A DNA stretch of 63,584 nt, the filler included, from Chiloscyllium plagiosum (taxonomy: Eukaryota), in assembly GCF_004010195.1 (NCBI RefSeq). It is 5 parts of one record of this genome, joined end to end, with 100 filler letters (N's around TTAATTAATTAA, not from the genome) between each part and the next. Parts side by side here need not be neighbours in the genome. Positions count along the whole stretch, not along the records: positions 29,680 to 37,967 come from NC_057714.1; positions 38,068 to 57,701 come from NC_057714.1; 3 more parts are not named here. The stretch is one strand, 5' to 3'. Of the stretch, positions 37,650 through 50,800 are shown piece after piece; the first letter of the stretch is position 1; each line of letters begins with the position of its first letter. Position numbers and translations under genes: made by a program. Under the pieces are notes generated by a model. That model saw only the letters and a list, made by a program, of their open reading frames with translations. It ran no database searches and was not told where the DNA came from.

Positions 37650-37967
37650 AATAAAGAACGAAAACACAACTATTGCAAAGGACCCACTCTGTACTACATC
37701 CTCAGGAGAATTCATACTCTCAACAAACAGTATTTCAATTCCATCTCAAACATCAAAAACTGTAAGTACAACAAACTTTTATCTACCCAGCTCCATAACC
37801 AGCGCTCCTTGAACATTCCAGAAGATTCCCCTGGCCTCGGAAACACCGGCTGATGCAGCTACCACCACGACGCTGATTGATGATGTCACTTCTGCCCCCA
37901 TCATGGCCACTCCCACAACCACTTCCACCCCTCACAATTCCTCATGCATCACACGTGACATCACTTC
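37650..37967 (+). mobile_element. Probable Penelope-like ORF N-terminal fragment
   Basis: GPTLYYILRRIHTLNKQYFNSISNIKNCKYNKLL resembles the basic N-terminal region of shark PLE ORFs; no catalytic motif visible. Confidence 0.45.
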
Positions 37968-38067
37968 NNNNNNNNNNNNNNNNNNNNNNNNNNNNNNNNN
38001 NNNNNNNNNNNTTAATTAATTAANNNNNNNNNNNNNNNNNNNNNNNNNNNNNNNNNNNNNNNNNNNN

Positions 38068-41000
38068 AGATGACACAAAGATTGGTGGAGTAGCAGAAAG
38101 CATAAGGGACTGTCAGAGAATACAGGAGGATATAGATAGACTGGAGAGCTGGGCAGAGAAGTGGCAGATGGAGTTCAATCCAGGTAAATGTGAGGTGATG
38201 CATTTTGGGAAGTCTAATTCTAGAGTGAATTATACAGTAAACGGAAGAGCCTTGGGAAAAGTTGATGGGCAGAGAGATCCGGGAGTTCTGGTCCATTGTA
38301 CCCTGAAGGTGGCTGCACAGGTGGATAGAGTGGTCAAGAAGGCATGCAGTATGCTTGCCTTCATCGGACGGGGTATTGAGTATAAGAGCTGGCAAGTCAT
38401 GTTAAAATTGTACAAGACTTTGGTTCGGCCGCATTTAGAATACTGTATACAGTTCTGGTCAGCACATTACCAAAAGAATGTGGACGCTTTGGAGAGGGTG
38501 CGGAGAAGGTTTACGAGGATGTTCCTGGTATGGAAGGTTAGGATTGTTTTCATTAGAAAAAGGAGATTGAAGGGGACCTGATTGAGGTCTACAAAATCAT
38601 AATGGGTATAGACAGGGTAGATAGAGATAACCTTTTCCCAGGGTGAAGGATTCAATAACAAGAGGTCACGCTTTCAAGGTGAGAGGCGGAAAGTTTAAGG
38701 AGATACACGCGGTAAGTACTTCACACAGAGGGTGTGGGCGTCTGGAATGCGTTGCCAACAGAGGTAGTAGAGGCAGGCACGGTAGATTCATTTAAGATGC
38801 ATCTGGACAGGTGCAAGAGTAGGTGTGGAGTAGAGGGATACAGATGCTTCGGAATTGGGTGAGAGGTTTAGACAGTGGATTTGGATCAGCTCAGGCTTGG
38901 AGGGCCGAAGGGCCTATTCCTGGGCTGTACATTTTCTTTGCTCTTGTTCTTAAAAAAAAATTACACTGACCATAATCCTTTTTCTTTGAAGACAAATTTT
39001 AAAAACTTAAAACTCTAGGCGTACAGGTCTACATTTCCCTGACAATAGCAACATAAGTGGACAATGTCGTCAAGCAGCCATATGCTGTACTTGCCTTCAT
39101 CAGTGAAGGCATAAAATATAAACATTGACAAGTCATGTTGCAGCTGTATAGAACTTCAGTTGGGCCACATTTGAAATATTGTGTACAGTTCTGGTCAGCG
39201 CACTACGAGAAGGATGCAGAGGCTTTGGACAGGATACACCAGAATGTTGACTGGTTTGGATAGTATCAGCTGAGGAGAGATTGGGATTGGATAAAACTTG
39301 GTTTGCTTTTACTTGTATATCAAAAAATGAGGGGCGACCCAGTAGAAGGTCCCAAAATTGACAGGCACGGGATAGAATGGCTAATCAGAGTCTTCTTCCC
39401 AGGGTAGAAATGTCAATTACAGAGGACATAGTTTTAAGGGAAAAGGGGCGAGATTTAAAGGAGATGTGAGAGGCACATTTTTCTTTTTCAGGGAAAGGGT
39501 GGTAAGTGCCTGGAATGTGCTGCCAGAGAAGATGGTGGAGGCAGATACAATAGCAATGTTTAAGAGGCAGCTTGACAAATACAAGAATAGGCAGGGAAAA
39601 GAGGGATACAGACTGTGCAGAGGCAAAGGGTTTTAGAAAGGCATTGTGTGTTAGCGCAGTCCAGATGGGCCGAAAGAGCCTGTTTTTGTGCTGGACTGTT
39701 TTTGTTTAGGAACATGGGACTGGGATATTTCTCCAGCTTCCTCATTTCCCCTCCTCCTGCCTTATCTCAGTCCCAACCCTCGGATTCAGCACCGCCCTCT
39801 TGACCTGCAATCTTCTTCCCAACCTCTCCACCCCACTCCCTCTCCAGCCTATCACCCTCACCTCCTTTCACCTATCGTATTCCCAGTGCCCCTCCCCCAA
39901 ATTCCATCCCCCTTACTGTTTATCTCAGCCTGCTTGGCACATCAGCCTCATTCCTGAAGAAGTGCTTATGCCCGAAACTTCGATTCTCCTGCTCCTCGGA
40001 TGCTGCCTGGCCTGCTGTGTTTTTCCAGCACCACATTTTTCAACACCGGGATATCATAGCCAAGACAGAAACATGGCTCAGGGATGGGCAGGACTGGCAG
40101 CTTAATGTTCCAGGATCCTGGGAGGTAGGTTTGCTAGCACTCTTCGGGGGGAGAGATGGGTTCAAGTGTGTATACTTCAACGCAAGGAGTATCAGAAATA
40201 AGGTGGGTGGACTTAAGGCGTGGATCAGTACTTGGGACTACGATATTGTGGCCATTATGGAAATGTGGACAGAAGAGGGACAGGAATGGTTGTTGGAGGT
40301 TCCTGGTTACAGATGTTTCAGTAAGATTAGTGGGGGGTGGTAAGAAAAGGAGGGGTGTGGCGTTGCTAATTAGAAATGGTATAACGGCTGCAGAAAGGCA
40401 GTTCGAAGGGGATCTGCCTTTGGAGGTAGAATGGGCTAAAGTCAGAAATAGGAAAGGATCAGTCACCTTGTTGGGTGTTTACTATAGGCCCCCCAATAGC
40501 AGCAGAGATGTGGAGAAACAGATTGGGAAACAGATTTTGGAAAGGTGCAGAGGCCACAGGGTAGTAGTCATGGGAGATTTCAAATTCCCAAATATTGATT
40601 GGAAGCTCTTTAGATCAAGTAGATTGGACGGGGTGGTGTTTGTGCAGTGTGTCCAGGAAGCTTTTCTAACTCAGTATGTAGATTGTCCGACCAGAGGGGA
40701 GGGCATATTGGATTTGGTACTTGGTAACGAACCGGGACAAGTGATGGGCTTGTTAGTGGATGAGCATTTTGGTGATGGTGACCACAATTCTGTGACTTTC
40801 ACTTTGAGTATGGAGAGAGATGGTTGCATGCAACAGGGTAGATTTTACAATTGGGGGAAGGGTAAATACGATGCTGCAAGACAGGATCTGAGGAGCATAA
40901 ATTGGGAGCACAGGCTGTCAGGGAAGGATGTCATTGAAATGTGGAACTTTTTCCAGGAACAGATACAACGTGTCCTTGATATGTATGTACCTGTCAGGCA

Positions 41001-41665
41001 GGAAAGAGATGGTCGTGTGAGGGAACCTTGGTTGACCAGGGAGGTTGAATGTCTTGTAAGGAGGAAGAAAGAGGCTTACATAAGGTTAAGGAAACAAGGT
41101 TCAGACAGAGCGTTGGAGGGATACAGGATAGCCGGGAGGGAGCTGAAGAAAGGGATTAGGAGAGCTAAGGATCTTTGGCGGGTAGGATCAAGGATAACCC
41201 CAAGGCCTTTTATGCGTATGTGAGAAACATGAGAATGACGAGAACGAGGGTAGGTCCGATCAAGGACAGTAGTGGGAGACTGTGTATTGAGTCGGAAGAG
41301 ATAGGAGAGGTCTTGAAAAAAGTGAATAGGGATAACCCCGTGAATTTCGAGGCCAGTTAGAAAGCCATGAGAGATGGGGTGAATGTACTGTCTTTTTCCC
41401 AGGATTGGTGAATGGGGAACTATTTGAGGGGAAAGAATTAAAGGGAACCTGAGGGGCAACTTTTTCACACAGAGTGGTAAGTATATGGAATGATCTGCCA
41501 GCAGAAGTGATTGAGGGGGCAGGTACATTAACATTTAAAAGGCATTTGGACAAACACATGGATAGGAAAGGTTTAGAAGGATATGGGCCAAATGCAGGGA
41601 AATGAGGTGAGGGTGAATGGACATTTTGGTCAGCGTAGACTAGTTTGGGCCTTAGGGCCTGGTCT
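38068..41665 (+). mobile_element. Series of CR1 fragments (incl. a long EN ORF 40156-41223) and a Penelope 3' fragment (~39710-40045)
   Basis: CVYFNARSIRNK; LGVYYRPPNS; MGDFKFPNIDW; Penelope cctgaagaagtgcttatgcccgaaac. Confidence 0.88.
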
Positions 41666-42767
41666 GATCAAGAGAAGTGAACCAATTGTATTTTCTGAAT
41701 GCAAACTCTTGGACATATTGCTCCTTTGCTGTCTATTCATTCCAAAACCCTAAGATCACAGTGGGGGTGTGTTTTGTCAACGTCTGAATATGTGTTTGGT
41801 ATGAAGGAAGTATACTGGATCCTATAAAAAAGCTTCATCGATAACTACTTTTTCTAACTGACTGAAGAATAACGTTGTTTATTATAAAAGAGTTAACGTA
41901 GAATTACTGAAAGAACCTGGTAAACGTCTCTTCTGTTCTCCACAATAAATGAGGAACAAACAGAGCAGTTTGATGATTAAGTAAGACACTTATATGTTTG
42001 ATATGGCCCATGAAGTACTGGGGTTGATCACCAGCTTACTCCTCCTGTCACAACCTTCAGACACACACACACACACACAGTGACTGGAGTCACAAGTAGG
42101 TCAGACTGGGTAGGAAAGTTGAAAAATGTGGTGCTGGACAAACAGAGCAGGCCAGGCAGCATCTGAGGAGCAGGAGAATCAACGTGCCCGAAACGTCGAT
42201 TCTCCTGCTCCTCGGATGCTGCCTGGCCTGCTGTGTTTTTCCAGCACCACATTTTTCAACTCTGGTACTCCAGCATCTGCAGTCCTCACTTTCTCCCAGA
42301 CTGGGTAGGAACCAACATTAGTTATCCCGAAGTTGTTTTGATTATTTCCTTCAACCAGACAAGAAACTATCAGATTTATTGAAATTGATTTCACAATATA
42401 TCATGGTGGGTATTAATCCAAAATGAGAGTTACCAGTCTAGTAAACTGATCACTAGGTTACTGTACCCATTTGACAGAGCATCTTTGTTTTCCTGGTCTT
42501 GGTGACTTCAGTTCTGGAATGGGACTCCCTAATCAGGAAGTGTAAAGTCATCTGACATTTTCTTGTGACGTTGAATGTGGAGAGACTAATGATCTACCTT
42601 TTTCCATAATGCCCAGGAAAATATAAATTAGGCAGTTGGGAAAAGGCCACTCCACAGTCCATGTTGGTTAGATCACATTGAATAAACACTTGACTTTCTT
42701 TCCATCCTAAGCTGCCATCAACTGCTAAGACGAAGGCAAAAAAAGAACAGAAAAAGTGGAACTCTCT
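38792..42767 (+). repeat. Segmental duplication copy A (copy B 47846-52086)
   Basis: Colinear near-identical sequence, including shared TE junctions; each copy has private deletions. Confidence 0.92.
42116..42296 (+). mobile_element. Penelope terminal fragment in inverted (fold-back) arrangement with 14-bp TSD; paralog 51447-51627
   Basis: TSD cagactgggtagga at 42102-42115 / 42297-42310; ~68-bp inverted arms. Confidence 0.85.
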
Positions 42768-44800
42768 AACTTTTGTCTTTATACAAAATGTGGAAAATTG
42801 CCCAGGCATGTCCTGACCAGTCTTCACTACTCCTCTGACTCCCAGTACAAGTTCCCTCCACTAGCTCTGATTGGCCCTGCCCTACTCTGGCTATCCTCTT
42901 GATCCTCACGCAAGTGTAGAATGCCTTAGGGTTTTTCTTAATCCTACCCGCTAAAGCTTTTTCATGTCCCCTTACAAGTCTGTTAAGTTCTTTCTTCAGT
43001 TCCTTCCCGACTACCTTGTAACCCTCTAGACCCCTGTCTGATCTTGGCCTCCTCAGCCTTAAGTTAGCTTCCTTCTTCCTTTTGACTAGATGTTCCCCAT
43101 CCCTTGTCACCCAAGGTTCCTTCACCCAACCATCCCTTCCTTGCCTCAGTGGAACAAACTGTCCAGCACTAACAGCAAATGTTCCCAAAACAACCTCCAC
43201 CTTGCATCTGTGGTAGGTAGGTTACTTGAGAAGATTCTGAGATACAAGACATACATGCAGCAAGGTGACCACAACTGGATACAATACTCCAACTGCAGCC
43301 TTACCAACATTCTGCACATCTTCCACGTAACTTCCCAACTTCTGTACTCACTGTCCTGACTGATGAAGGCCAGTGTGCCAAATGCTTCCTTCACTGCCCT
43401 GTCTACTTGGGACTCCACTTTCAGAGAACCATGCACCTGAACTCCAAGGTCCCTCTGTTCCACTATACCCCTTATACATTGACTATGAAATTCCTACCTT
43501 GTTTTGACTTTCGAGAATGCAACATCTCACACATATCTATATGAAACTCCATTTGCCATTTCTGAGCCCACTTCCTCAGCTGATCAAGGATTTGTTGCAA
43601 TTTTTGATAACCTTCCTCACTGTCTGTGATACTGCCTATTTTAGTGTCATCTGCAAACTTACTAATCATGCCCTGTACATTCTGGATTAGTGGTGCTGGA
43701 AGAGCACAGCAGTTCAGGCAGCATCAGAGGACAGGCAAAATCCAAGGACAGGCAATAGCCCTTTTACCCGAAACGTTGATTTTGCCTGTCCTCGGATTTT
43801 GCCTGTCCTTGGATGCTGCCTGAACTGCTGTGCTCTTCCAGCACTACTAATCCAGAATCTAGTTTCCAGCATCTGCAGTCATTGTTTTTACCATGCCCTG
43901 TACCTTCTCAACCAAATCATTGATATAGGTAACAGACAGTAAGGGGCCCAGCACTGACCCCTGAGGCACTCCACTAGTCACAAGCCTCCAGCCCAACAAG
44001 CAACCTTCCACTATTACCCTCTGCTTCATACTATCAAGCCAACTGTATATCCAATTTGCCAGCTTGCCCCGGATTCCATGTAATCTAACCTTCCAGAGCA
44101 GCCTACCATATGGAACCTTATTAAAGGCCTTACTAAACTCCATATACACTGTGTGTAACAAAGAGGAGATTTTAGCAATTTTGAAAGATCTGAAATAGAT
44201 AAGACTCCATGCCAGATGAGATTTATCCTCGGATTCTCTGGGAAGCCAGGGAGGAGCTTGCCGAGCCTTTGGCTTTGATCTTTATGTCATCATTGTTGAC
44301 AGGAGTAGTGTGAGGAAACTGGAGGATCGCAAATATTGTTCACTTGTTCAAAAAGGGAAGTCGGACAACTCTGGTAATTATAGATTAGTGAACCTTACTT
44401 CTGTTGTGGATAAGGTGTTGGAAAGGTTATAAGAGATAGGATTTATAATCATCTGGAAAAGAATAATTTGATTAGGGATAGTCAACACAGTTTTATGAAG
44501 GGTAGGTCCTGCCTCACTAACCTGATTGAGTTTTTCAAGGAGATGACAAAACAGGTGGTGAAGGTAAAGCGGTTGATGTGGTGGATATGGATTTCAGTAC
44601 AGTGTTTGATAAGGTTCCACATGGTAGGCTATTGCACACAATATAGAGTTTCAGGATTGAAGGTAATTTAGTGGTTTGGATCAAAAATTGGCTAGCTGAA
44701 AGAAGACAGTGGGTGGTGGCTGATGGGAAATGTTCAACCTGGAGCTCAGTTACCAGTGGTGTTCCACAAGGATCTGTTTTAGGGCCACTGCTGTTTGTTC
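42768..44800. mobile_element. CR1 fragments (minus ~42770-44155, plus ~44160-44800) with a fold-back Penelope insert at 43679-43891
   Basis: [23 protein letters not shown]; 12-bp TSD catgccctgtac around the insert. Confidence 0.85.
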
Positions 44801-46110
44801 TGGCCTAATCCTTGCTTCCTGCACCAGTCCCCCAGCCACACATTCAAGTCCATTATCTCCCTGTTCCTGGCCTCTCCAGCCCGAGGAACTGGAAGCAAAC
44901 CGGAGATAACCACTCTGGACGTCCTGCTTTTCAGCCTTCTTCCTAGATCTCCGAAGTCCCGCTGTAGTATGTTCCTCCTCTTCTTCCCGACATCATTTGT
45001 GTCGACATGTACCATCACCTCTGGCTCTTCACCTTCGCCCTTGAGGATTTCCTGCACTCTGTCTGCGATGTCCTTAATCCTGGCACCAGGAAGGCAACAC
45101 ACCATCCTCAAATCCCGCCTGTTGCCACAGAAACCCTGTTCAGTTCCTCTCACTATGGAGTCCCCTTTCACCACAGCTCTGTGCGATGTCTGATTCCTCA
45201 GCTCTGCCTCCACGCCAACTTTTGATTGACAGACCTGGCCGCCTCGCGGACTGGCAGTGTCATCTGTCTCTACTGTTTCCAAAAGATTTAACTTGTTCCT
45301 GACAAGTACTTCCCCCTGCTCTCTTGCACCTGTCTCCTCTCTGCCTTCCTCATCGTCTTCTCTCTTCTGCTCTCTTCTGGTATGGTCGGTGTAATAACCT
45401 CGCTGAAGGTCCTGTCCAGAAAGGGGTGGTAGTTATAAATTAAGGGGTGGTAGGTATAGGACAGATGTTAGGGGTAGATTCTTTACACAGCGAGTCGTGA
45501 GTTCATGGAATGCCCTGCCAGTAGCAGTGGTGGACTCTCCCTCTTTATGGGCATTTAAACGGGCATTGGATAGGCATATGGAGGATAGTGGGCTAGTGTA
45601 GGTTAGGTGGGCTTGGATCGGCGCAACAAAGGGCCTGTACTGCGCTGTATTTTTCTATGTTCTATGTTCTATCTCGTTCTCTCGGATGAGCCTAAGGTCC
45701 TCGACTTCTTTCTTCTGTGCTGCGATATGCTCTGTCAGTAGCTGAACATGAACACACTTTCCACAGATATACGAGCCAGACACACCAGAGTCGTTGACCT
45801 CCCACATTATGCACGTAGCACACTGAACCAGCTGGGCAGTCATGTCTTCACCCTGTTCAACTGTGGCATAATCACTTCACTCAACCTCCTTGTCGAAGAC
45901 TCCCGAGTTAAAGACTCTCTCTTCTCTCAACAGGAATCTCCCTGGACTCTCTTTTTTGGGGCAAGTCTGTGGACTTTAAAGTTAGGTTAAAGGAGGAGGG
46001 TGGGAGGGAGGCCCTACTTTGTAGGACCTGGGGTCCAGAATACACCCACTCAAATAACAATCACTTACCTTCCCAACTGGCTCACTTCCACCCAGCTCCC
46101 GCCGCTCTCT
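44801..46110 (-). mobile_element. CR1 5' part: 5'UTR and ORF1 (zinc finger plus SGNH esterase), interrupted by a plus-strand CR1 3' end (~45424-45672)
   Basis: MTAQLVQCATCIMWEV..YICGKC; VVKGDSIVRG..VCCLPGARIKD..VHVDTNDVG..VVISGLLP. Confidence 0.88.
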
Positions 46111-47345
46111 GCTGCAAAACGACCATTGGGGTCGAGCTAAGTTCTTCAATTGCACATATCGACACAGACATCAAGTTTCTACAGGAGTGCAGGCAAGCGG
46201 AAAGATTCCAAATGGATTACGGATCACAAACCCACTTAGGTCAACCTACAACAGAGACTACGCAGAGAGACTTTGCCACCGCACCTCTCGTAAACTTCTC
46301 AATCATCTCGTGCACCAACTCTACAGCAGGCGCCACAACCTTGAAATTCAGATGGAGTCCACACTCACAGCCTGCACACAGAATACATCAGTACAGTTAC
46401 GTGACATTGCCAAAGGCGACAAGGCGACAAAACTACACCATGTACATGGGCGCCAAGAACAAAAAACTGGAGAAGCTTGGCATTCTCACCAGTAATAGCA
46501 AAGCCCGCCCTGGAACCACAGTAGACAACATTATCACTGCGGGGAAGTCTATTGTCAACTTATCGGACTACACCCTTCAAACGGAAGAGATTGAAGTCCT
46601 GAGTAGGGATCTCAACTTCTGCCCCACCACCAAAATGGACCCGTTGGTTCTGGCAGCAGACACAGAGGAGTTCATCAGACGAATGAGACTCCGGGAATTC
46701 TTTCAAGGTGACGGCAGTGATCCCACTGATGAACTAGAACAGTCATCACAGGGATCTGTAGAGGAGCGACCAAAGAAGGTGTCAACATGGACCCTACCGG
46801 AGGGCCGCTGCCCTGGCCTTGACATGTATGCTCAAACTGTCAGGAAATATATAAACGCCAGATTCATCAGCCGTACCCGTAAGGTGGAGCAAAACATCAC
46901 CCATTCCCAACACAATGCCATCCAAGCTCTCCAAACCAATCACAACATTGTCATCAAACCAGCAGATAAAGGAGGAGCCATTGTCATTCAGAATAGAACA
47001 GATTACTGCAAGGAAGTATACCGACAGGAACACTACAGGCAACTACCAGCTGATCCGACCAAAGAACATACCCGGGAATTAAACACACTGATCAGAACTT
47101 TGGATCCAGTCCTTCAGAGATCCCTACGCGCCCTCATCCCACGTACTTCTCGTGTAGGCGACTTCTACTGCCTTCCGTAGGTACACAAAGTCAACACACC
47201 GGGACGTCCCATCGTGTTGGGTAATGGGACCCTATGTGAGAATCTCTCTGGCTATGTGGAAGGCATCTTGAAACCTATTATACAGGGGATCTCCAGCTTC
47301 TGTCGCGACTCTACGGATTTCTTACAGAAACTCAGCACCCATGGA
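46111..47345 (+). pseudogene. Penelope-like element ORF (N-terminus and start of RT), frameshifted, ends in a gap
   Basis: DTDIKFLQEC..KIPNGLRITNPL; IVNLSDYTL..VLSRDLNFCP; IVIKPADKGGAIVIQNRTDY; FYCLP*VHK..PGRPIV; SFCRDSTDFL. Confidence 0.9.
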
Positions 47346-47845
47346 NNNNNNNNNNNNNNNNNNNNNNNNNNNNNNNNNNNNNNNNNNNNNNNNNNNNNNN
47401 NNNNNNNNNNNNNNNNNNNNNNNNNNNNNNNNNNNNNNNNNNNNNNNNNNNNNNNNNNNNNNNNNNNNNNNNNNNNNNNNNNNNNNNNNNNNNNNNNNNN
47501 NNNNNNNNNNNNNNNNNNNNNNNNNNNNNNNNNNNNNNNNNNNNNNNNNNNNNNNNNNNNNNNNNNNNNNNNNNNNNNNNNNNNNNNNNNNNNNNNNNNN
47601 NNNNNNNNNNNNNNNNNNNNNNNNNNNNNNNNNNNNNNNNNNNNNNNNNNNNNNNNNNNNNNNNNNNNNNNNNNNNNNNNNNNNNNNNNNNNNNNNNNNN
47701 NNNNNNNNNNNNNNNNNNNNNNNNNNNNNNNNNNNNNNNNNNNNNNNNNNNNNNNNNNNNNNNNNNNNNNNNNNNNNNNNNNNNNNNNNNNNNNNNNNNN
47801 NNNNNNNNNNNNNNNNNNNNNNNNNNNNNNNNNNNNNNNNNNNNN

Positions 47846-50800
47846 TAAGATGCATCTGGACAGGTGCAAGAGTAGGTGGGGAGTAGAGGGATACAGATGC
47901 TTAGGAATTGGGTGAGAGGTTTAGACAGTGGATTTGAATCAGCTCAGGCTTGGAGGGCCGAAGGGCCTATTCCTGGGCTGTACATTTTCTTTGTTCTTGT
48001 TCTTAAAAAAAAATTACACTGACCATAATCCTTTTTCTTTGAAGACAAATTTTAAAAACTTAAAACTCTAGGCGTACAGGTCTACATTTCCCTGACAATA
48101 GCAACATAAGTGGACAATGTGGTCAAGAAGCCATATGCTGTACTTGCCTTCATCAGTGAAGGCATAAAATATAAACATTGACAAGTCATGTTGCAGCTGC
48201 ATAGAACTTCAGTTGGGCCACATTTGAAATATTGTGTACAGTTCTGGTCAGCGCACTACTAGAAGGATGCAGAGGCTTTGGACAGGATACATCAGGATGT
48301 TGACTGGTTTGGATAGTATTAGCTGAGGAGAGATTGGGATTGGATAAAACTTGGTTTGCTTTTACTTGTATGTCAAAAAATGAGGGGCGACCCAGTAGAA
48401 GTTCCCAAAATTGACAGGCACGGATAGAATGGCTAATCAGAGTCTTCTTCCCAGGATAGAAATGTCAATTACAGAGGACATAGTTTTAAGGGAAAAGGGG
48501 CGAGACTTAAAGGAGATGTGAGAGGCACATTTTTCTTTTACAGGGAAAAGGTGGTAAGTGTCTGGAATGTGCTGCCAGAGAAGATGGTGGAGGCAGATAC
48601 AATAGCAATGTTTAAGAGGCAGCTTGACAAATACATGAATAGGCAGGGAAAAGAGGGATACAGACTGTGCAGAGGCAAAGGATTTGAGAAAGGCATTGGG
48701 TGTCAGCGCAGTCCAGGTGGGCCGAAAGAGCCTGTTTTTGTGCTGGACTGTTTTTGTTTAGGAACATGGGACTGGGATATTTCTCCAGCTTCATTTCCCC
48801 TCCCCCTGCCTTATCTCAGTCCCAACCCTCGGATTCAGCACCGCCCTCTTGACCTGCAATCTTCTTCCCAACCTCTCCACCCCACTCCCTCTCCGGCCTA
48901 TCACCCTCACCTCCTTCCACCTATCATATTCCCAGTGCCCCTCCCCCAAATTCCGTCCCCCCTACTGTTTATCTCAGCCCGCTTGGCACATCAGCCTCAT
49001 TCCTGAAGAAGGGCTTATGCCCAAAACGTTGATTCTCCTGTTCCTCGGATGCTGCCTGGCCTGCTGTGTTTTTCCAGCACCACATTTTTCAACACCGGGA
49101 TATCATAGCCAGGACAGAAACATGGCTCAGGGATGGGCAGGACTGGCAGCTTAATGTTCCAGGATCCTGGGAGGTAGGGTAGGATCAAGGATAACCCCAA
49201 GGCCTTTTATGCGTATGTGAGAAACATGAGAATGACGAGAATGAGGGTAGGTCTGATCAAGGACAGTAGTGGGAGACTGTGTATTGAGTCGGAAGAGATA
49301 GGAGAGGTCTTGAATGAGTACTTTTCTTCAGTTTTACAAATGACAGGGACCGTATTGTTGAAGAGGAGAGTATGAAACGGACTGGTAAGTTAGAGGAGAT
49401 ACTAGTTAGGAAGGAAGATGTGTTGGGCATTTTGAAAAACTTGAGGATAGGATTATGTGGGAAGTAAGAGAGGAAATTGCAGAACCGTTGGCAATGATCT
49501 TTGCATCTTCACTGTCAATGGGGATGGTGCCAGGGGACTGGAGAGTGGCGAATGTTGTGCCCTGTTCAAAAAAGTGAATAGGGATAACCCCGGGAATTAC
49601 GAGGCCAGTTAGAAAACCATGAGAGATGGGGTGAATGTACTGTCTTTTTCCCAAGATTTGTGAATGGGGAACTATTTGAGGGGAAAGAATTAAAGGGAAC
49701 CTGAGGGGCAACTTTTTCACACAGAGTGGTAAGTATATGGAATGATCTGCCAGCAGAAGTGATTGAGGGGGCAGGTACATTAACATTTAAAAGGCATTTG
49801 GACAAACACATGGATAGGAAAGGTTTAGAAGGATATGGGCCAAATGCAGGGAAATGAGGTGAGGGTGAATGGACATTTTGGTCAGCGTAGACTAGTTTGG
49901 GCCTTAGGGCCTGGTCTCCATGCTGTAGGACTCTGACTCTATGAAGTGAAGGGCTCCTGTCCAAAACATCAATTTTCCTGCTCCTTGGATGCTGCCTGAC
50001 CTGCTGAGCTTTTCCAGTAATTTCTGACTGTGAATGTAACTTTGTTTTCTTATATGTGTGTCCTGTTTGCACTAGAATGAAATGCATTTTGAGCTGGAAT
50101 ATCATCTTTCAGGGTGGAAGCATGTTAGTATATAGTCCTATGAAAAACTAGATAATCGTGTGAAGAAGCTTTATCACGTGATTGCTTGGAAACAGAAGTC
50201 AGAAGCTTAAACAGAATTTCCATTAAACTGCAGATAATCAAGTAATTTTGGGAGAGAGAATCCAATAAAGGGTTTTAGAATTAGGTAGAGATGGGTTTTC
50301 TGGCTTAACTGCGGAGCAAATAGACTTGGAGAAACCGTGGGATGTGAGCTGTTGATTACCCATCAACAGCCTCTGCATTAATGGATTATGGCCATCACTG
50401 ACATGCCAGCATTTATTGCCCATTCCTAGCTGCCCTGGATAGGTGGTGGTGAGCTGTTTTCTTGAACTGCTGCAAACTGTTTTGTTTCATTACACCCACA
50501 AAGCCATTAGGTAGGAAACAGGATTTTGATCCAGCGACACTGAAGGGACGGTGATATATTTCTCAATCAGGATGGTGAGTGGCTTGGAGGGAAATTTGCA
50601 AGTAGTGGAATTCCCATGTATCTGCTACCCTTGTCCTTCTAGATGGTAGTGGTTGTGGATTTGGAAGGTGTAGTTGAAGGAGCATTGGTAAATTTCTGCA
50701 ATGAAATGCGTTTTGCTAAATGGTACACAGTGCTGAAATGCGAGTTGTTGAAGAAAAGTACAGCAGAAAGCAGCTCTCTCTCTGAGTTGTATTTTTAAGG

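Noticed and set aside
42003..42083. Signal-peptide-like MAHEVLGLITSLLLLSQPS
   Set aside because: Stops after ~26 codons in both duplicates and has no convincing splice donor.
42076..42115. CACAGTG as a possible V(D)J RSS heptamer (also ~41757 and ~51406)
   Set aside because: No ACAAAAACC nonamer at 12/23 spacing and no Ig/TCR V-segment frame; two cases arise from the end of a CA microsatellite.
18672..47915. Long ORFs containing X runs (18672, 25785-26756, 47214-47915)
   Set aside because: Artefacts of translation through N gaps.
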